DNA of 62,981 nt, the filler included, from Octopus bimaculoides (Eukaryota), in the NCBI RefSeq assembly GCF_001194135.2. It is 5 parts of 5 records of this genome, joined end to end, with 100 filler letters (N's around TTAATTAATTAA, not from the genome) between each part and the next. Parts side by side here need not be neighbours in the genome. Positions count along the whole stretch, not along the records: positions 25,899 to 38,962 come from NC_068991.1; 4 more parts are not named here. The stretch is one strand, 5' to 3'. The position numbers and the translations under genes are program-made. The stretch's first letter is position 1; each line of letters begins with the position of its first letter. The notes beneath the pieces are model-generated. The model was not told the origin of the DNA. It searched no databases and saw only the letters and a program-made list of their open reading frames with translations. Positions 26,113 to 38,160 of this stretch are shown here, one piece after another.

Positions 26113-27203
26113 AGAGTTATAATGGAAGTGACAAAGGAGCATATTTTGCTTTATGAGTTCAATAAAGGCAACAATGCAATGGAAAGTGTGAGGAATATTA
26201 ATGCAGTATATGGGGATCAAACAGTAAGCAGAAGCCAGTGTCAACGGTGGTTCCAGAAATTCTGAACCAGAAACTACAGCCTAGAAGATGAGCCTTGTCC
26301 TGGAAAATCTGTAGTGTTTGATGAGGATGTGCTGCAAACCATGGTAGAAGAAAATCCCATTGTAACTGTTGAGGAACTAGCAGAGAAGCTTTGATTTGGT
26401 TATTCAACCATTCATCAGCACCATCGGAAAAGTCAGCAAATTGGGTCAATGGGTTCCTCACAAATTTTCTCAGTCTAATTACATGCAGAGAGTGAATGTG
26501 TGCTTTTCTTTGCTGTCACATCTCATGAATGAACCTTTTTTGGACCAAATAGTGACTGGTGATGAGAATTCGGTTCTCTATAAAAATGTCAGGCAGAAAT
26601 GTGAAGACAGTGGGTAGGAAAAGGAGAAACACTGGCACCCCACGCTAAAAAAGGTCTTCACCCACATAAAGTGTTTTTATCTGCTTGGTGGGATATGAAA
26701 GGTTTAGTCCACTTTGAACTTTTAAACCCAAACCAAATGATAACAAAGGAGATCTACTTCAAGCAGCTTGAGCAGCTTAAGTCAGCACTTGAAGAAAAAC
26801 TGGTTTCAAGACGAAAGGTGTTCTTCCATCAGGATAATGCTTGGCCACATACAGCGAGGATGACATTCTAAAGGCTGGAGCAGTTGGAATGGAAAATGAT
26901 GCCCCACCCACTATATTCGCCAGACATTGTTCCACCTGATTAACATTTATTCTGCAATCTTCAAAATCATTTGGACGGAAAAAATATGAATTCTGTAAAT
27001 AAGGTCATAACAGTACTGGAGGAGTATTTTTCATCATGGACAAGTGATGTTGGAAGAGGGGCCTTGCAAGTCTACCAGATAGATGGGAGAGCATTGTAGA
27101 AAATGATGGAGAGTATATTTTAGATTAAAAAAGAACTTTGTCTTCATCTTGAAAAATAAAAGAAGTATAAAAAAAACCACACTATTTATGGGATGACCCA
27201 ATA
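26113..27203 (+). mobile_element. Decayed mariner (DD34D) transposon; left TIR missing; transposase pseudogene at 26122-27128
   Basis: MEVTKEHILLYEF...RWFQKF, WVPHKFS, IVTGDE, HQDNA, PHPLYSPDIVPPD, NDGEYILD* with several stops and frameshifts; right TIR ...TTATGGGATGACCCAA followed by TA. Confidence 0.97.
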
Positions 27204-27259
27204 TATATATATATAAGTCAGTAAATAGTGGGGTTGTGTTAACCACAAGTGGAGAAATA

Positions 27260-27606
27260 ATAGGAAAATGAAAAAAAAAGGCAGAATGCTAAACTGGAAG
27301 CATATTTTAATAAAGATTTCTAACCGGTTTTCATTGAGAAAGCAAATTATGAAGAAGGAGAATGAAAATGTTTTTTTACAAAGAAGTACAAAATGAAGAA
27401 AATAATATATAAAACAATAATATATATATTTATTTTTTTATATATTATTGTTTTATATATTATTTTCTTCATTTTGTACTTCTTTGTAAAAAACATTTTC
27501 ATTCTCCTTCTTCTTGATAATTTGCTTTCGCAATGAAAACCGGTTAGAAATCTTTATTAAAATATGCTTCCAGTTTAGCATTCTGCCTTTTTTTTCATTT
27601 TCCTAT
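27260..27606. repeat. ~167-bp near-perfect inverted repeat (arms 27260-27426 and 27439-27606)
   Basis: Arms align as reverse complements apart from one substitution, a 3-nt indel and two homopolymer-length differences. Confidence 0.95.
27511..27549 (+). ncRNA. Candidate minimal type-I hammerhead ribozyme with U3-A8 variant core
   Basis: TTC-TTGATAA-T-TTGC-TTTC-GCAA-T-GAAA-ACCGGT-TA-GAA: 3-bp stem I, 4-bp stem II, palindromic stem III, UUA cleavage triplet. Confidence 0.55.
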
Positions 27607-27617
27607 ATATATATATA

Positions 27618-27670
27618 CTAGCAGTTTAACCCGACCTTGTCCGGGTTTGACTTATTACACCATCTACGAT
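27618..27670 (-). mobile_element. Helitron-like 3' end
   Basis: Hairpin AACCCG-accttgtc-CGGGTT next to a terminal CTAG (27618-27621) abutting (TA)n. Confidence 0.55.
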
Positions 27671-27699
27671 AAGTCTTGCTAGGTGAAAATCAACTAAAA

Positions 27700-28255
27700 A
27701 AGAATGTCTACCTTCCATGCAGGCATGGGTTGGATAGTTTGACAGGAGCCAGCCAGCTAGAAGATTATCCCAGGCTACTGTGTCTGTTTTGGCAGGGTTT
27801 TTACCTTCCTAACACCAACCACTCTGCAGAGCAGACTGAGTGCTTTTTACATAGCACCAGCACAGGTGAGGTTAGGTTTGGCATAGATTTTAAAGTTGGG
27901 TGCCCTTCTCAACATCAACCACTCTGCAGAGTGGACTGAATGCTTTTCATGTGGAACCAGCACAGGTGAGGTCAGTTTTGGCATAGTTTTTACAGCTGGG
28001 TGCTCTTCCTAACACCAAATACTTCACAGAATGAACTGAGTGCTCTTTACATGGCACCAGTACAGGCAAGGTCAGTTTTGGCAGGGTTTTTACAGCTGGA
28101 TGCCCTTCCAAATGCCAACCCCTTTACAGTGTAGACTGGATGATTTTAATGTGGACACCAGCACTGGCAGTGTCACCAAGTAACTTGCAAGACAAGGAAT
28201 TTTGACAGGGGAAGGGGCATTGGAGGAGGAGATCTTGTGTCAGATGATGAAAGGT
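27700..28255 (-). mobile_element. RTE-associated 3' UTR-type repeat containing four 100-bp tandem units
   Basis: Reverse complement shares GGTTGGCATT.GGAAGGGCATCCAGCTGTAAAAAC and AACCCATGC..GCATGGAAG with 36285-36680. Confidence 0.75.
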
Positions 28256-28279
28256 TATATATATATTGTAGTACAGAAG

Positions 28280-28416
28280 TAGAAAATGAAAGAAAAGGGA
28301 AATAAAATAAGCTTCTAACAATGCAGAAATGTTTTGAGCTCAAAATATAAAGGTTTTTTGTAAAAATTTCTGCATTGTTAGAAGCTTTCTTTATTTCCCT
28401 TTTCTTTCATTTTCTA
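28280..28416. repeat. 51-bp inverted repeat (28280-28330 and 28366-28416), 35-nt spacer
   Basis: 49/51 identity between the left arm and the reverse complement of the right arm. Confidence 0.93.
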
Positions 28417-28618
28417 TATATAAATATATATATATACGTGTGTGTGTGTGTGTGTGCATGTGTGTGTGTGATATTTGGTGGAATGATAGAGAGAGTAAAT
28501 GATTTGGGGAGAGAAAGAGAGAGATGGACTTACGGGAAGGGAGGAAACACACTACCATGTACATGTGTTTGTTGTGTGAATGTAGTGCTGTCTGTATATG
28601 TTTTTCTTTATATATATA

Positions 28619-28866
28619 CTAGCAGAGGCACCCGGCGTTGCTCGAGAATGAAATTGTTGCTTATATACTTGAAGAAAAAAAGGCAAAATATGCTGTATAG
28701 AAATTTGAGGACATTCTGTAGATGGACTCTCAGATGAATGATGGCTGGGCGCCTCTCATGAATGGGGAAAATTGAAGATGTGCCAAAAAGCCTCATTGGT
28801 ACTTGGAAACTTTTACGAAAATTAAAATGGAGATTAAATGAAAAAAATGATTTACGTGAATATCCT
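28619..28866 (-). mobile_element. Helitron-like 3' end
   Basis: Minus strand ...CGAGCAACGCCGGGTGCCTCTGCTAG|T; CTAG at 28619-28622 abutting (TA)n. Confidence 0.55.
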
Positions 28867-29679
28867 NNNNNNNNNNNNNNNNNNNNNNNNNNNNNNNNNN
28901 NNNNNNNNNNNNNNNNNNNNNNNNNNNNNNNNNNNNNNNNNNNNNNNNNNNNNNNNNNNNNNNNNNNNNNNNNNNNNNNNNNNNNNNNNNNNNNNNNNNN
29001 NNNNNNNNNNNNNNNNNNNNNNNNNNNNNNNNNNNNNNNNNNNNNNNNNNNNNNNNNNNNNNNNNNNNNNNNNNNNNNNNNNNNNNNNNNNNNNNNNNNN
29101 NNNNNNNNNNNNNNNNNNNNNNNNNNNNNNNNNNNNNNNNNNNNNNNNNNNNNNNNNNNNNNNNNNNNNNNNNNNNNNNNNNNNNNNNNNNNNNNNNNNN
29201 NNNNNNNNNNNNNNNNNNNNNNNNNNNNNNNNNNNNNNNNNNNNNNNNNNNNNNNNNNNNNNNNNNNNNNNNNNNNNNNNNNNNNNNNNNNNNNNNNNNN
29301 NNNNNNNNNNNNNNNNNNNNNNNNNNNNNNNNNNNNNNNNNNNNNNNNNNNNNNNNNNNNNNNNNNNNNNNNNNNNNNNNNNNNNNNNNNNNNNNNNNNN
29401 NNNNNNNNNNNNNNNNNNNNNNNNNNNNNNNNNNNNNNNNNNNNNNNNNNNNNNNNNNNNNNNNNNNNNNNNNNNNNNNNNNNNNNNNNNNNNNNNNNNN
29501 NNNNNNNNNNNNNNNNNNNNNNNNNNNNNNNNNNNNNNNNNNNNNNNNNNNNNNNNNNNNNNNNNNNNNNNNNNNNNNNNNNNNNNNNNNNNNNNNNNNN
29601 NNNNNNNNNNNNNNNNNNNNNNNNNNNNNNNNNNNNNNNNNTATATATATATATATATGTATATCATCATTATCATCAT

Positions 29680-29830
29680 CATCATTTAACGTCCGCCTTC
29701 CATGCTAGCATATATATATATATATATATATATCATCATCAACATTTAATATCCGTTTAACTTGACTTGGATGGCTTGACAGGAACTGACAGAACCAGGA
29801 TCTGGGACTTCTTTGTTTCCATCTTCTAAA
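29680..29830 (-). mobile_element. Short 3' termini of the RTE-associated repeat with (GAT)n tails
   Basis: CATCATCATTTAACGTCCGCCTTCCATGCTAGCAT is the reverse complement of the terminus seen at 36640-36677. Confidence 0.7.
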
Positions 29831-30009
29831 TTCACACATAAATCTTAGGTCAGCCCAAGCTGCTGTACAGTAGGACAAAACCCAAAATGACATTGTTGAG
29901 AAGCAAGCTTCTTAACTTCACAGCCATACCTGCACATATATGTATGCATGCATAAAGAAAGGAATGAAGCCAGTATGGACAGTTGTGCAACATTAGCGTG
30001 CATATGCAA

Positions 30010-30260
30010 CAAAGTACAAATATGTGCAGGAGGGTAGACTTGACTGGTATGGTCATGTGATGCATATGAATGAAGACAGCTCTATAAAGAAGAACTGGTT
30101 GCTAAATGTGGATGGAACTTATGGAAGAGAGAGATCCAAGAAGACATGGGACAGACTAGTGAAGGCTGATCTCAAGATGTTGAGCCTCACTGTTGAGATA
30201 ATAAAGGGCCAATATGGCCGGCAATTTGTTGTACTCAAGAAGCCTCGTCATTATAGTGAA
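30010..30260 (+). mobile_element. RTE-clade LINE C-terminal fragment
   Basis: RLDWYGHVMHMNED...GRERSKKTWDRLVKADLKMLSLT, matching the RTE RLRWYGHV...GRPRKTW motif. Confidence 0.85.
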
Positions 30261-31008
30261 AATGAGGTCTTAAAAGCATTATGTTTATGTCTGTATATTC
30301 ACTGTGCCCTACCCCTGCACCCAATCTGTCCCTGTCAAGCCTTACCCACCTCTCATTTTCCTAACATATATCCCTCCATCACTCTTCTAACTACTGTACT
30401 ATAGAGCTGCTGCAGTCATATGTGAATAGAATTGACACATATTTCATCTACTTTTGTCCTACTGGTTACCACCACCTCTCTTTGGAACCACTTCCTTTCA
30501 CCATCCATCCCTCATTCTCATTATCATCCCTTCTCAATTTTTTTTTCCAAGTGATCACCTCCATTTCTGTGCCTCCAGTTATCTCTCCCTCCCCTCTGAG
30601 TTACACTTCAGGACTGCCATACTTTATTTTTAACACCATCTTGCGTCTGCTATTGTTCTCAACACTCCCTCATATCTGCCATCGATGGCTTCCCCAGTTT
30701 TGTCTCCCAATCACTATAACCACTTTTACATACCTTTGGTTTCTTTCTCTGTCACAGTAAAAGAACCTGTACCAGATGTTATAATTTGGACACTTCCACA
30801 CTCTAATAGAGGGCAAAGACCACTTAACTACAATGATTTTATTGGCTCAGACACAAGAAATGGGAATTAAGATTCTTGGCACTGCAACTGTTGCTCTTAA
30901 AGTAGAAGAATGTAAAATGAGAGTGGTAAGTGTTAATGAAGGGGCAAAAAGGAAAGAGAGAGAGAGAATGATGGTTAGTGCTAGGGAAGGTTGATGCCGT
31001 GTATGTTG

Positions 31009-31055
<47 letters not shown>

Positions 31056-32299
31056 GTATGTATGTGGTATGTATGAATGTGTGTGTGTGTGTATACACAC
31101 ACACACACACACACACAAACATAAACATATACATTTACACACATGGACACACATATATACATATGCACATACTCATATATGCTCTCACACTCACACACAT
31201 ACATATGTAAATACATACTTGAGTGCCTACTTATCTCTATACATTGTCATTCTTAAAGAGTGTGGAATATGTGTACTATAATTGCATAGATCTTCAGACC
31301 TAAGGATATTTTTAATGCTCATTTGCATACTTTGGCTCAATGAATATCTGTTAGTGTTCTGGTGCAAATGTTAGTATGTGTGTATGTGTACAATACACAC
31401 CTTTTGTAGAAAACACTTTAGTGACATGTATTCTTAGCAGACCGAGTCTGCCAACCAGTTTTAATTGTCCGAATTGCATCTTGTATGCTGTTGCTGTTGC
31501 TAATGGCCCAGAGAATGGTGTGAATTCCACAATATTGTTGAATAATCCTCATGACTTTATTCTGAAGCAATAAAAAAACAAAATTTGAATTCTTACATAT
31601 GTAAAAAAAAAATCATGTACATATACATGTATCATACATACATACACACATATACATACATGCATGCATGCATGCATACATGCATATGTACATGCATGCA
31701 TACATACATACATACATACATACATACATACATAAATGCACATGCTTTCATACTTCATTATGTATTTTTAGGTATGAATATGTATGCATAAAAGAAAGAC
31801 AGATATTCTTTTCTTTTCTTCTTATATTATTGAATTATTTAAAAGGATAGCTATAAGTATAGTTTTTATTTCTTAATGTAACTGGTAAAAACTGCCAGGA
31901 GCTACTCCTTGTTAAAGCAATATTTCTTCCTGCATCCATGTTAAATATTCAGTAAACTATTGTTCTTTCATTCAGATGTTATTTACAGATGCCACAATCA
32001 CTTCATAAATTAACCTCAGACAACTATAGATATGTATATTCAGGATGTGTTAAGTGTATATTGAAACCTGTAAATGTTAAAGCCAGTAGGGAATTAGCTA
32101 AGTGGTTGACAGTTTATAGCTTATCAGTGACACAGTGTTATGCCAATGATAAAAATGAATACTCTTCTGCTGTTGTTAAGCCCTAGGTCAGCTCTGAGCT
32201 GAGATGAACAAAAGCCTATGATAACCAATCCATCTCTTTTTGCATTTTTTCCCTCAGACAATGTATCTAGAACTACATTATGTTGTTTTCGTCCATTTT

Positions 32300-33500
32300 T
32301 AAGTTTATAGAGTGTGATTTAAAGATATATCTAACAGGTTGAATGACCATGAAGATGTAGCTTCTTTGATTCATATTGCTAGGTTGTATAATTCACTATT
32401 GAAAACAGTGGGGCACTATGAAATTAATCAGTATTTTGCTGGTTTACAGTATTGAAAAGCGGTCTACAAAGAAAATGGAGGTTCTGTTCACTAAGTGCTT
32501 TAAATTGTCTCTACCTAAGATAACATAATCAGAACCTTATGGTTTGGAAAGGCATAAGTTTAAGGTGTGTATTGTGCTGCATACCCATCAAGCAAACTGG
32601 CTGAATTGTAGTCAGCAAATGAAATACTTTGTGACATTTAGTTGCATCCATTTATATTCTGAAGCCACTTCCTAAATATGAGAGTAATATTCTATTGTTG
32701 GTCTCACTTGAGAACTTGTAATGGGTTAGGGGCTGTTGCGAGGTTGAAGTATTTTATGACTCTGAAGAGGAAAGCCAATCTTTGTGATTCAGTAATTGCA
32801 TTGTTGAGGATGTGCATTTGCAAGAAGAGATCTTCAGCATTTATAGTGTCATTGAAGGTCCTAGCTCTATACTGTTCATTTTTAAGGGATGGTATTATGA
32901 TGTTTACTTGATATGTGTAGTAGTGACTGTCTTTGTACTGTTATTGAAGACTTTTGAGTTTGCTGTTCATAGAGACATGCAGATTTGCATGGGGTGCATA
33001 CGTTACATTTGGATGATGCATGGGTGTAGAAAGCTAGGGAAGAATAAAAGGTGGTATCATCTACATGTGAGTGAGTGCTGGTGGATGTGATGGCAAGAAA
33101 GTCCTTGGTATATAGAGTAAGAGTTTGATAGCAAAAAGGTCCTTGATATATAAGGGTAAACTTTTGATCTCACCACAGTTGGTAGTGTTTGGGTCACAGA
33201 GAGCACATTCTACACATGCTGCAAAGGTTTGATCTGGCAGGAAACCTATAATCCAAGAGATGAGAGATGGCTGGAGCTCATAGGCAGGCAAATATTGTTA
33301 GGATGTTTGAATGGCTGATATAGTCAAATGTGTTGCTGACATCAGAGCACCAACACTGCTTTCACTAAGTTTCTCAAATTTCATCAGAGAATGCAGTGAT
33401 AAATACCATTTAGAAGTAGTTCTCTAGATTTGGCTTTATGGAAGATATACTGGTGGTTATTAAAGAAGGAGAAAGGTTCAAGGTGTTAGAGAAGGTGGTT
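32300..33500 (-). mobile_element. Decayed CR1/L2-type LINE reverse transcriptase
   Basis: Frameshifted motifs SDVSNTFDY (ALDISKAFD-like), LPAYELQPSLISWIIGFL, THSHVDDTT (YADD-like), LAFLFRVIKYF and QVRPTIEYYSHI. Confidence 0.8.
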
Positions 33501-34662
33501 AATACTTACTGTTTCCATTGCTTTTGAGATGTTCAAAAAAGAGAACTATAAGTCAGTAGCTGGTAGGATCAAAGCAGTTTGCCTTTATTCAACTGGAACA
33601 TACTGAAGTGTGTTTTCAAAGATCAAGATACCACCCCACCACCACCACACACACACACACACACACATGGAAAATTCTCATGAGAAAAACTTAGATCAAT
33701 GTCCTGCAGACATAAATCCTAAATACCAAAATTTTCCCTCTCTATCAATGCACCAGAAACACTTCAACCTAATTCCAATTGCATAAGGAAAGCAAGCTCA
33801 TTAAAAAATAGAAACTGCAACTAAATATCCTATAATAACACACCAGAAAAACATCCAGAGACAACAAATATAATTTGAAAATTTTAAGTAACAGACTCCC
33901 CTAGGGATTCAAAATCCCAAGTCCAAATTACTATACAATAGCACCATTCATCTTCTCAAACACCAGTTCCTGACATCACCTCAAACAAAACCAATGAAAT
34001 TTTACCTCTGGTCAGAACCAGACTATCAGAAAAAACAAATGCTTTCTTAAGGTAAACAACCAACTGGAATGCTAGATGACCATCAGGCAAAAACAAATTA
34101 CCAATTACAAATTACCAGGAAGTCAACCAAACCACAACAAAAATATTTTGTCCAGAATGGAAAATATTTTTGATCAAAATAAAGTGACATTACAAAACCT
34201 ACAACCAATCAGAACTTGTTCCTTGATCATGATCATCACCAGGAAGCCAACCAAAACACTAGACTTTACCAAAAGCAAAAATATTTTAATCAAAACATCC
34301 ACAAGGAAAAGGATATCGTCAAAATTATAACCAATCAAAAATTAGATCCAAAGTACTTCCAACTCCTACAAGCCATGAAAGGTGAAGAGACCAGTGCACT
34401 GAGACTGAAATTGAAAAAAGAACTACCTGCACCATGACAGAAATTGTAAAAAAAAACTTTTTTTCTTTCTCTCCACATTTTTTTCTTTCTCTCCACATTT
34501 TTTTCTCTCACTTCTCCACTTGTTTTATAAAAAGTCGGTATGACTGAACTTTCAATAATGTACATTTGTTATGATCTTTGCCGAACATTTACATTGATAT
34601 TATTATCTATCCTTGTGAAACTCATTGAAGTTTCAGTGAACGTTTGAAAATTACTCTCCCGT

Positions 34663-34897
34663 CACTGGAGTCATTGTAACTTTCTCAATTTTTTTAACCC
34701 AACTGCATCCACCTTCTCCATGTTGCTGGAGTCATTGTCAGTTTATCAATTTTTTAGCCCAACTGCATCCACCTTCCTCATGTCACTAGCCACCTCTGCA
34801 ACCTGACCACCTCTGCAACCTGACCACCTCTGCAACCNNNNNNNNNNCACCTCTGCAACCTGACCACCTCTGCAACCTGACCACCTCTGCAACCTAA
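34663..34897. repeat. Local tandem repeats: two ~62-bp units, then a 17-bp unit CCACCTCTGCAACCTGA repeated around a 10-N gap
   Basis: Direct reading; copy number across the gap is unreliable. Confidence 0.85.
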
Positions 34898-35099
34898 CCA
34901 CTTCTGCCAATCAAACTCCCAACCTATGGGTTCACGTTGCAGCACTGATTCCACAAAATTAGGTTGGGTGTGACTACATATTGTATCCAAAACATTGTAA
35001 GTGCGGTCATATTATACTATTTCAGTTTTGTGCAGAGACCTGAATGATGTTTTAGTTTCTTTCCAGCATTTTCCTCGTCATTCTTTGCCCTTCACATCT

Positions 35100-35298
35100 G
35101 CATCCGCATGGTTTCTCCAATTGCTCCTCAAAGACTGTTTAAACATTTGGTATGCTTTTTTCATTACCAATTTTTAATAAAATTTTCGTATTTTTCGTGT
35201 TTTTTTTTCCGGAATTCCTCATCTTTAAAATGTGGCCCAAGTAAAACAATAAAATTTATGCTATTTTAATCCCAAGCAAGGCTAGGTTTCTCTGCTAG
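35100..35298 (+). mobile_element. Helitron-like 3' end
   Basis: ...AATCCCAAGCAAGGCTAGGTTTCTCTGCTAG|T, the mirror of the ends at 27618 and 28619. The 5' extent is uncertain. Confidence 0.5.
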
Positions 35299-35405
35299 TA
35301 TAATATATATATATTACTATCTGACTGTTTTGTTTTGCCCCAAGTTGTATCTGATGAGGTTGGATTATCTCATCTTTTTGTATCCCTTTTGGCTAAAAAG
35401 AAACG

Positions 35406-35441
<36 letters not shown>

Positions 35442-36284
35442 TTTATTATCATTATAAGAGAAATCTTGGATTCGTCTGTGACTGGCCCAAGGCAATGAAT
35501 TTTTAAAAAACCATTAAAAAATCCCATATTTTGTGTTTTATTTCCATCCCTTAGTGTCTTTTCTTTTTGTGCCCAGACAAATAAAGAAGTTGTTTTTACT
35601 AGTGTTTTTCTTATCTTTTATGAATCATAAATCTTCTAAAATGTGCTTAAAAAAAACTTGCATAAAAAGATAAGATGAAAAGGAAAAGAAGTAAAAGAAC
35701 TAAACTGAAATTATTGCAAAATCAATAATTGACTGTTTTAATTTTGTTTTTGATAATAATTTGAAAAGAAGAGCAAAGAAATTCAGAAATTTCAACTATT
35801 GAAACACAACTTGGACAACAACACTAACAACAATCATGTTAATGTTCAATGATGGAAAATTAATAGTTTTAATGATAACTTGCTTTTGATATGTGACTGG
35901 ATTGGAATTCTTTTGGTTGGGTGAAATTTCAGGCCAACTATTTACATGTCTGTTGGTTATCATCATCTTTTCCTCTCCATCATCACCATCATCACTATCA
36001 TCATCATCATCATCATCATTTTCATCATTTTCATTGTTATCATTCTCATCACTTTCCTCTTCTTTGCTGTTGTTGTCCTTATCTGCATAGCTTTAGTGTC
36101 CATTTTACTAAGCATGAATAAATTGGATGGGTCTGCAATACAACTTAAATCTATTTCAACATCCTTCTTATGAAGGGACACATGAAAGCATAGTCAAACG
36201 AAATTATATTTTATAAAAGAGCTCTGATAAATTTTCTACTTAGCAGAATATAGATAGCAGGTAGATGGCAATCAAAATGGAATT

Positions 36285-36680
36285 TGTAGTTGTGACCGGT
36301 GCCAGTGCCACCTGACTAGCACCCATGATGGTGGTGCGTAATAAGCACCATTCAAGCGTGGGTCGATGCCAGTGTTGCCTGACTGGCTCACCATGCTGGT
36401 GGCATGTAAAAAGCACCATCTGAACATGGTCAATGCCAGTGCCCCACCAGCTGTAAAAAGCACCATCTGAACATGGTCAATGCCAGTGTTGCCTGTGCCA
36501 GTAGCATGCAGAAAGCACCCACTACACTCTCTGAGTGGTTGGCATTAGGAAGGGCATCCAGCTGTAGAAACCTTGCCAGGTCAGATTGGAGCCTGCTGCA
36601 GCCTACTGGCTTGCCAGTCCTCAGTCAAACCATGCAACCCATGCCAACATGGAAAACAGACGTTAAACAATGATGATAAC
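36285..36680 (+). mobile_element. RTE-associated 3' UTR-type repeat with short tandem GCCAGTG...AAAAGCACC units and a (GAT)n tail
   Basis: Units resemble the sequence after the RTE stop codon at 26021-26068; ends ...CATGGAAAACAGACGTTAAACAATGATGAT. Confidence 0.75.
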
Positions 36681-37185
36681 AATGGTACAGAAAGTAACAA
36701 GAAGTCAAGTAAAGAAAGACAACAATGTTACCCAAAAATGCATGCATAATACACAGGATATAACACAAGAAGACAGAAAATGAATAGTAAAAGAGCCATA
36801 AATAGGCAAGAAAGCAATGGCATTTCAATAATGGTGGAAATTTTGAGAAGCATGAAATCTTTGAAGGATGCAGAGTCCTGACAGCTAACAAGCAACACAC
36901 TATTTTATTCCATGCTTCAGCAATTTTGAATATAAAAGTGTTTCTGAAAGTCATGGGCACTGCATTGTGATTTTGATTTGATTAGCATGGGTAGTAGAGA
37001 TACTGACCATAACAGGAAGCATAATGACAGTTCAATGACTGAAACTAGTGAAAGAACAAAAGAATATTTTCTCTACAAATCATTAATCATAAAAATAGTT
37101 TCATGAAAGACTTTGGGGTGTCACCTTTATTTTATATATTTTTTCTTGTATAGAATAGCATATTATTTTATAACGTTTCACTAAT

Positions 37186-37500
37186 TTGGTGATGGTGGTA
37201 GCGGCGGCGGCGGCAGCAGTGGCGGCGGCAGCAGTGGCGGCGGTGGTGGTGGCAGTGGTGGTGGTGGCANNNNNNNNNNNNNNNNNNNNNNNNNNNNNNN
37301 NNNNNNNNNNNNNNNNNNNNNNNNNNNNNNNNNNNNNNNNNTGGTGGTGGTGTGTGGTAGTGGTGGTGTGTGGTGGTTGTGGTATGTGGTGTGTGGTGGT
37401 GTGGTGGTGGTAGTGGTGGTAGTTGTGGTTCTAGTGGTGGTGTGGTGGTTGTCTTGGTGGTTGTGGTGGTGATGGTGATGGTTGTGGTGGCAGAGGTGAT
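37186..37500. repeat. (GGT)n/(GGC)n degenerate trinucleotide repeat
   Basis: Direct reading; interrupted by a gap. Confidence 0.92.
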
Positions 37501-37642
37501 GGTGTAAGAAGCAAACAGAATAACTGTAAATGATAAAAGATCAATATGACAGCTACGAAGTTGTTTGACAACATCAAGACATAATTGGACATAATGTAAT
37601 AAGCAATATTTTTTTTAATGGATTATGTTTGATATATATGTG

Positions 37643-37692
<50 letters not shown>

Positions 37693-37995
37693 TACATACC
37701 AAGGATTTATATACACATTGTTTGATTATTATAGTCAGAATTATTAATGATACTCATATAATTATTTCATGTTTATGGGGAGGGTTGCTTTTCTTTCCTT
37801 GTTATTATACAATGTGCAGAAACCAATAAATAATGTGTTTTATTCAAGTTCCACATGACTGATTTCACTGAGAATTCGTCCCCCACTTTCCGGAATTTAT
37901 TTATATATTACATATATGTAAAACCTGTATATTATCAGGTGTGTGGAAAAGTTTTACCAGCTTTTGTTCACACACACACACATACACACACACAG

Positions 37996-38027
<32 letters not shown>

Positions 38028-38054
38028 GTGCACACACTTGATTTCAGGTTTAAT

Positions 38055-38160
38055 TCCACTGTATGGTACTTCGGGCAAGGATTTTCTAGTATAGCTCCAA
38101 GCTGACCCAAGCCTTAGAAGTGGTTTTTGGTTGACAGAAGCTGGAAGAAGGCTGGCTATG
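38055..38160 (+). mobile_element. Highly decayed (CpG-free) SINE family B fragment
   Basis: ACTTCGGGCAAGGATTTTCTAGTATAGC...CCAAGCCTTAGAAGTGG...GACAGAAGCTGGAAGAAG aligns to the family B 5' half. Confidence 0.6.

Noticed and set aside
31410-31561. Exon-like segment (plus-strand 108-nt phase 1-1 candidate; strong minus-strand acceptor at 31561)
   Set aside because: The peptides are unrecognisable and the two strands conflict; not supportable without transcript data.
33700-34440. A-rich stretch with short ORFs that looks like a decayed retroelement
   Set aside because: No diagnostic motif could be identified.
27785-34897. Regularly spaced repeats considered as a CRISPR array
   Set aside because: They are contiguous tandem units without unique spacers, in eukaryotic DNA with no cas genes.
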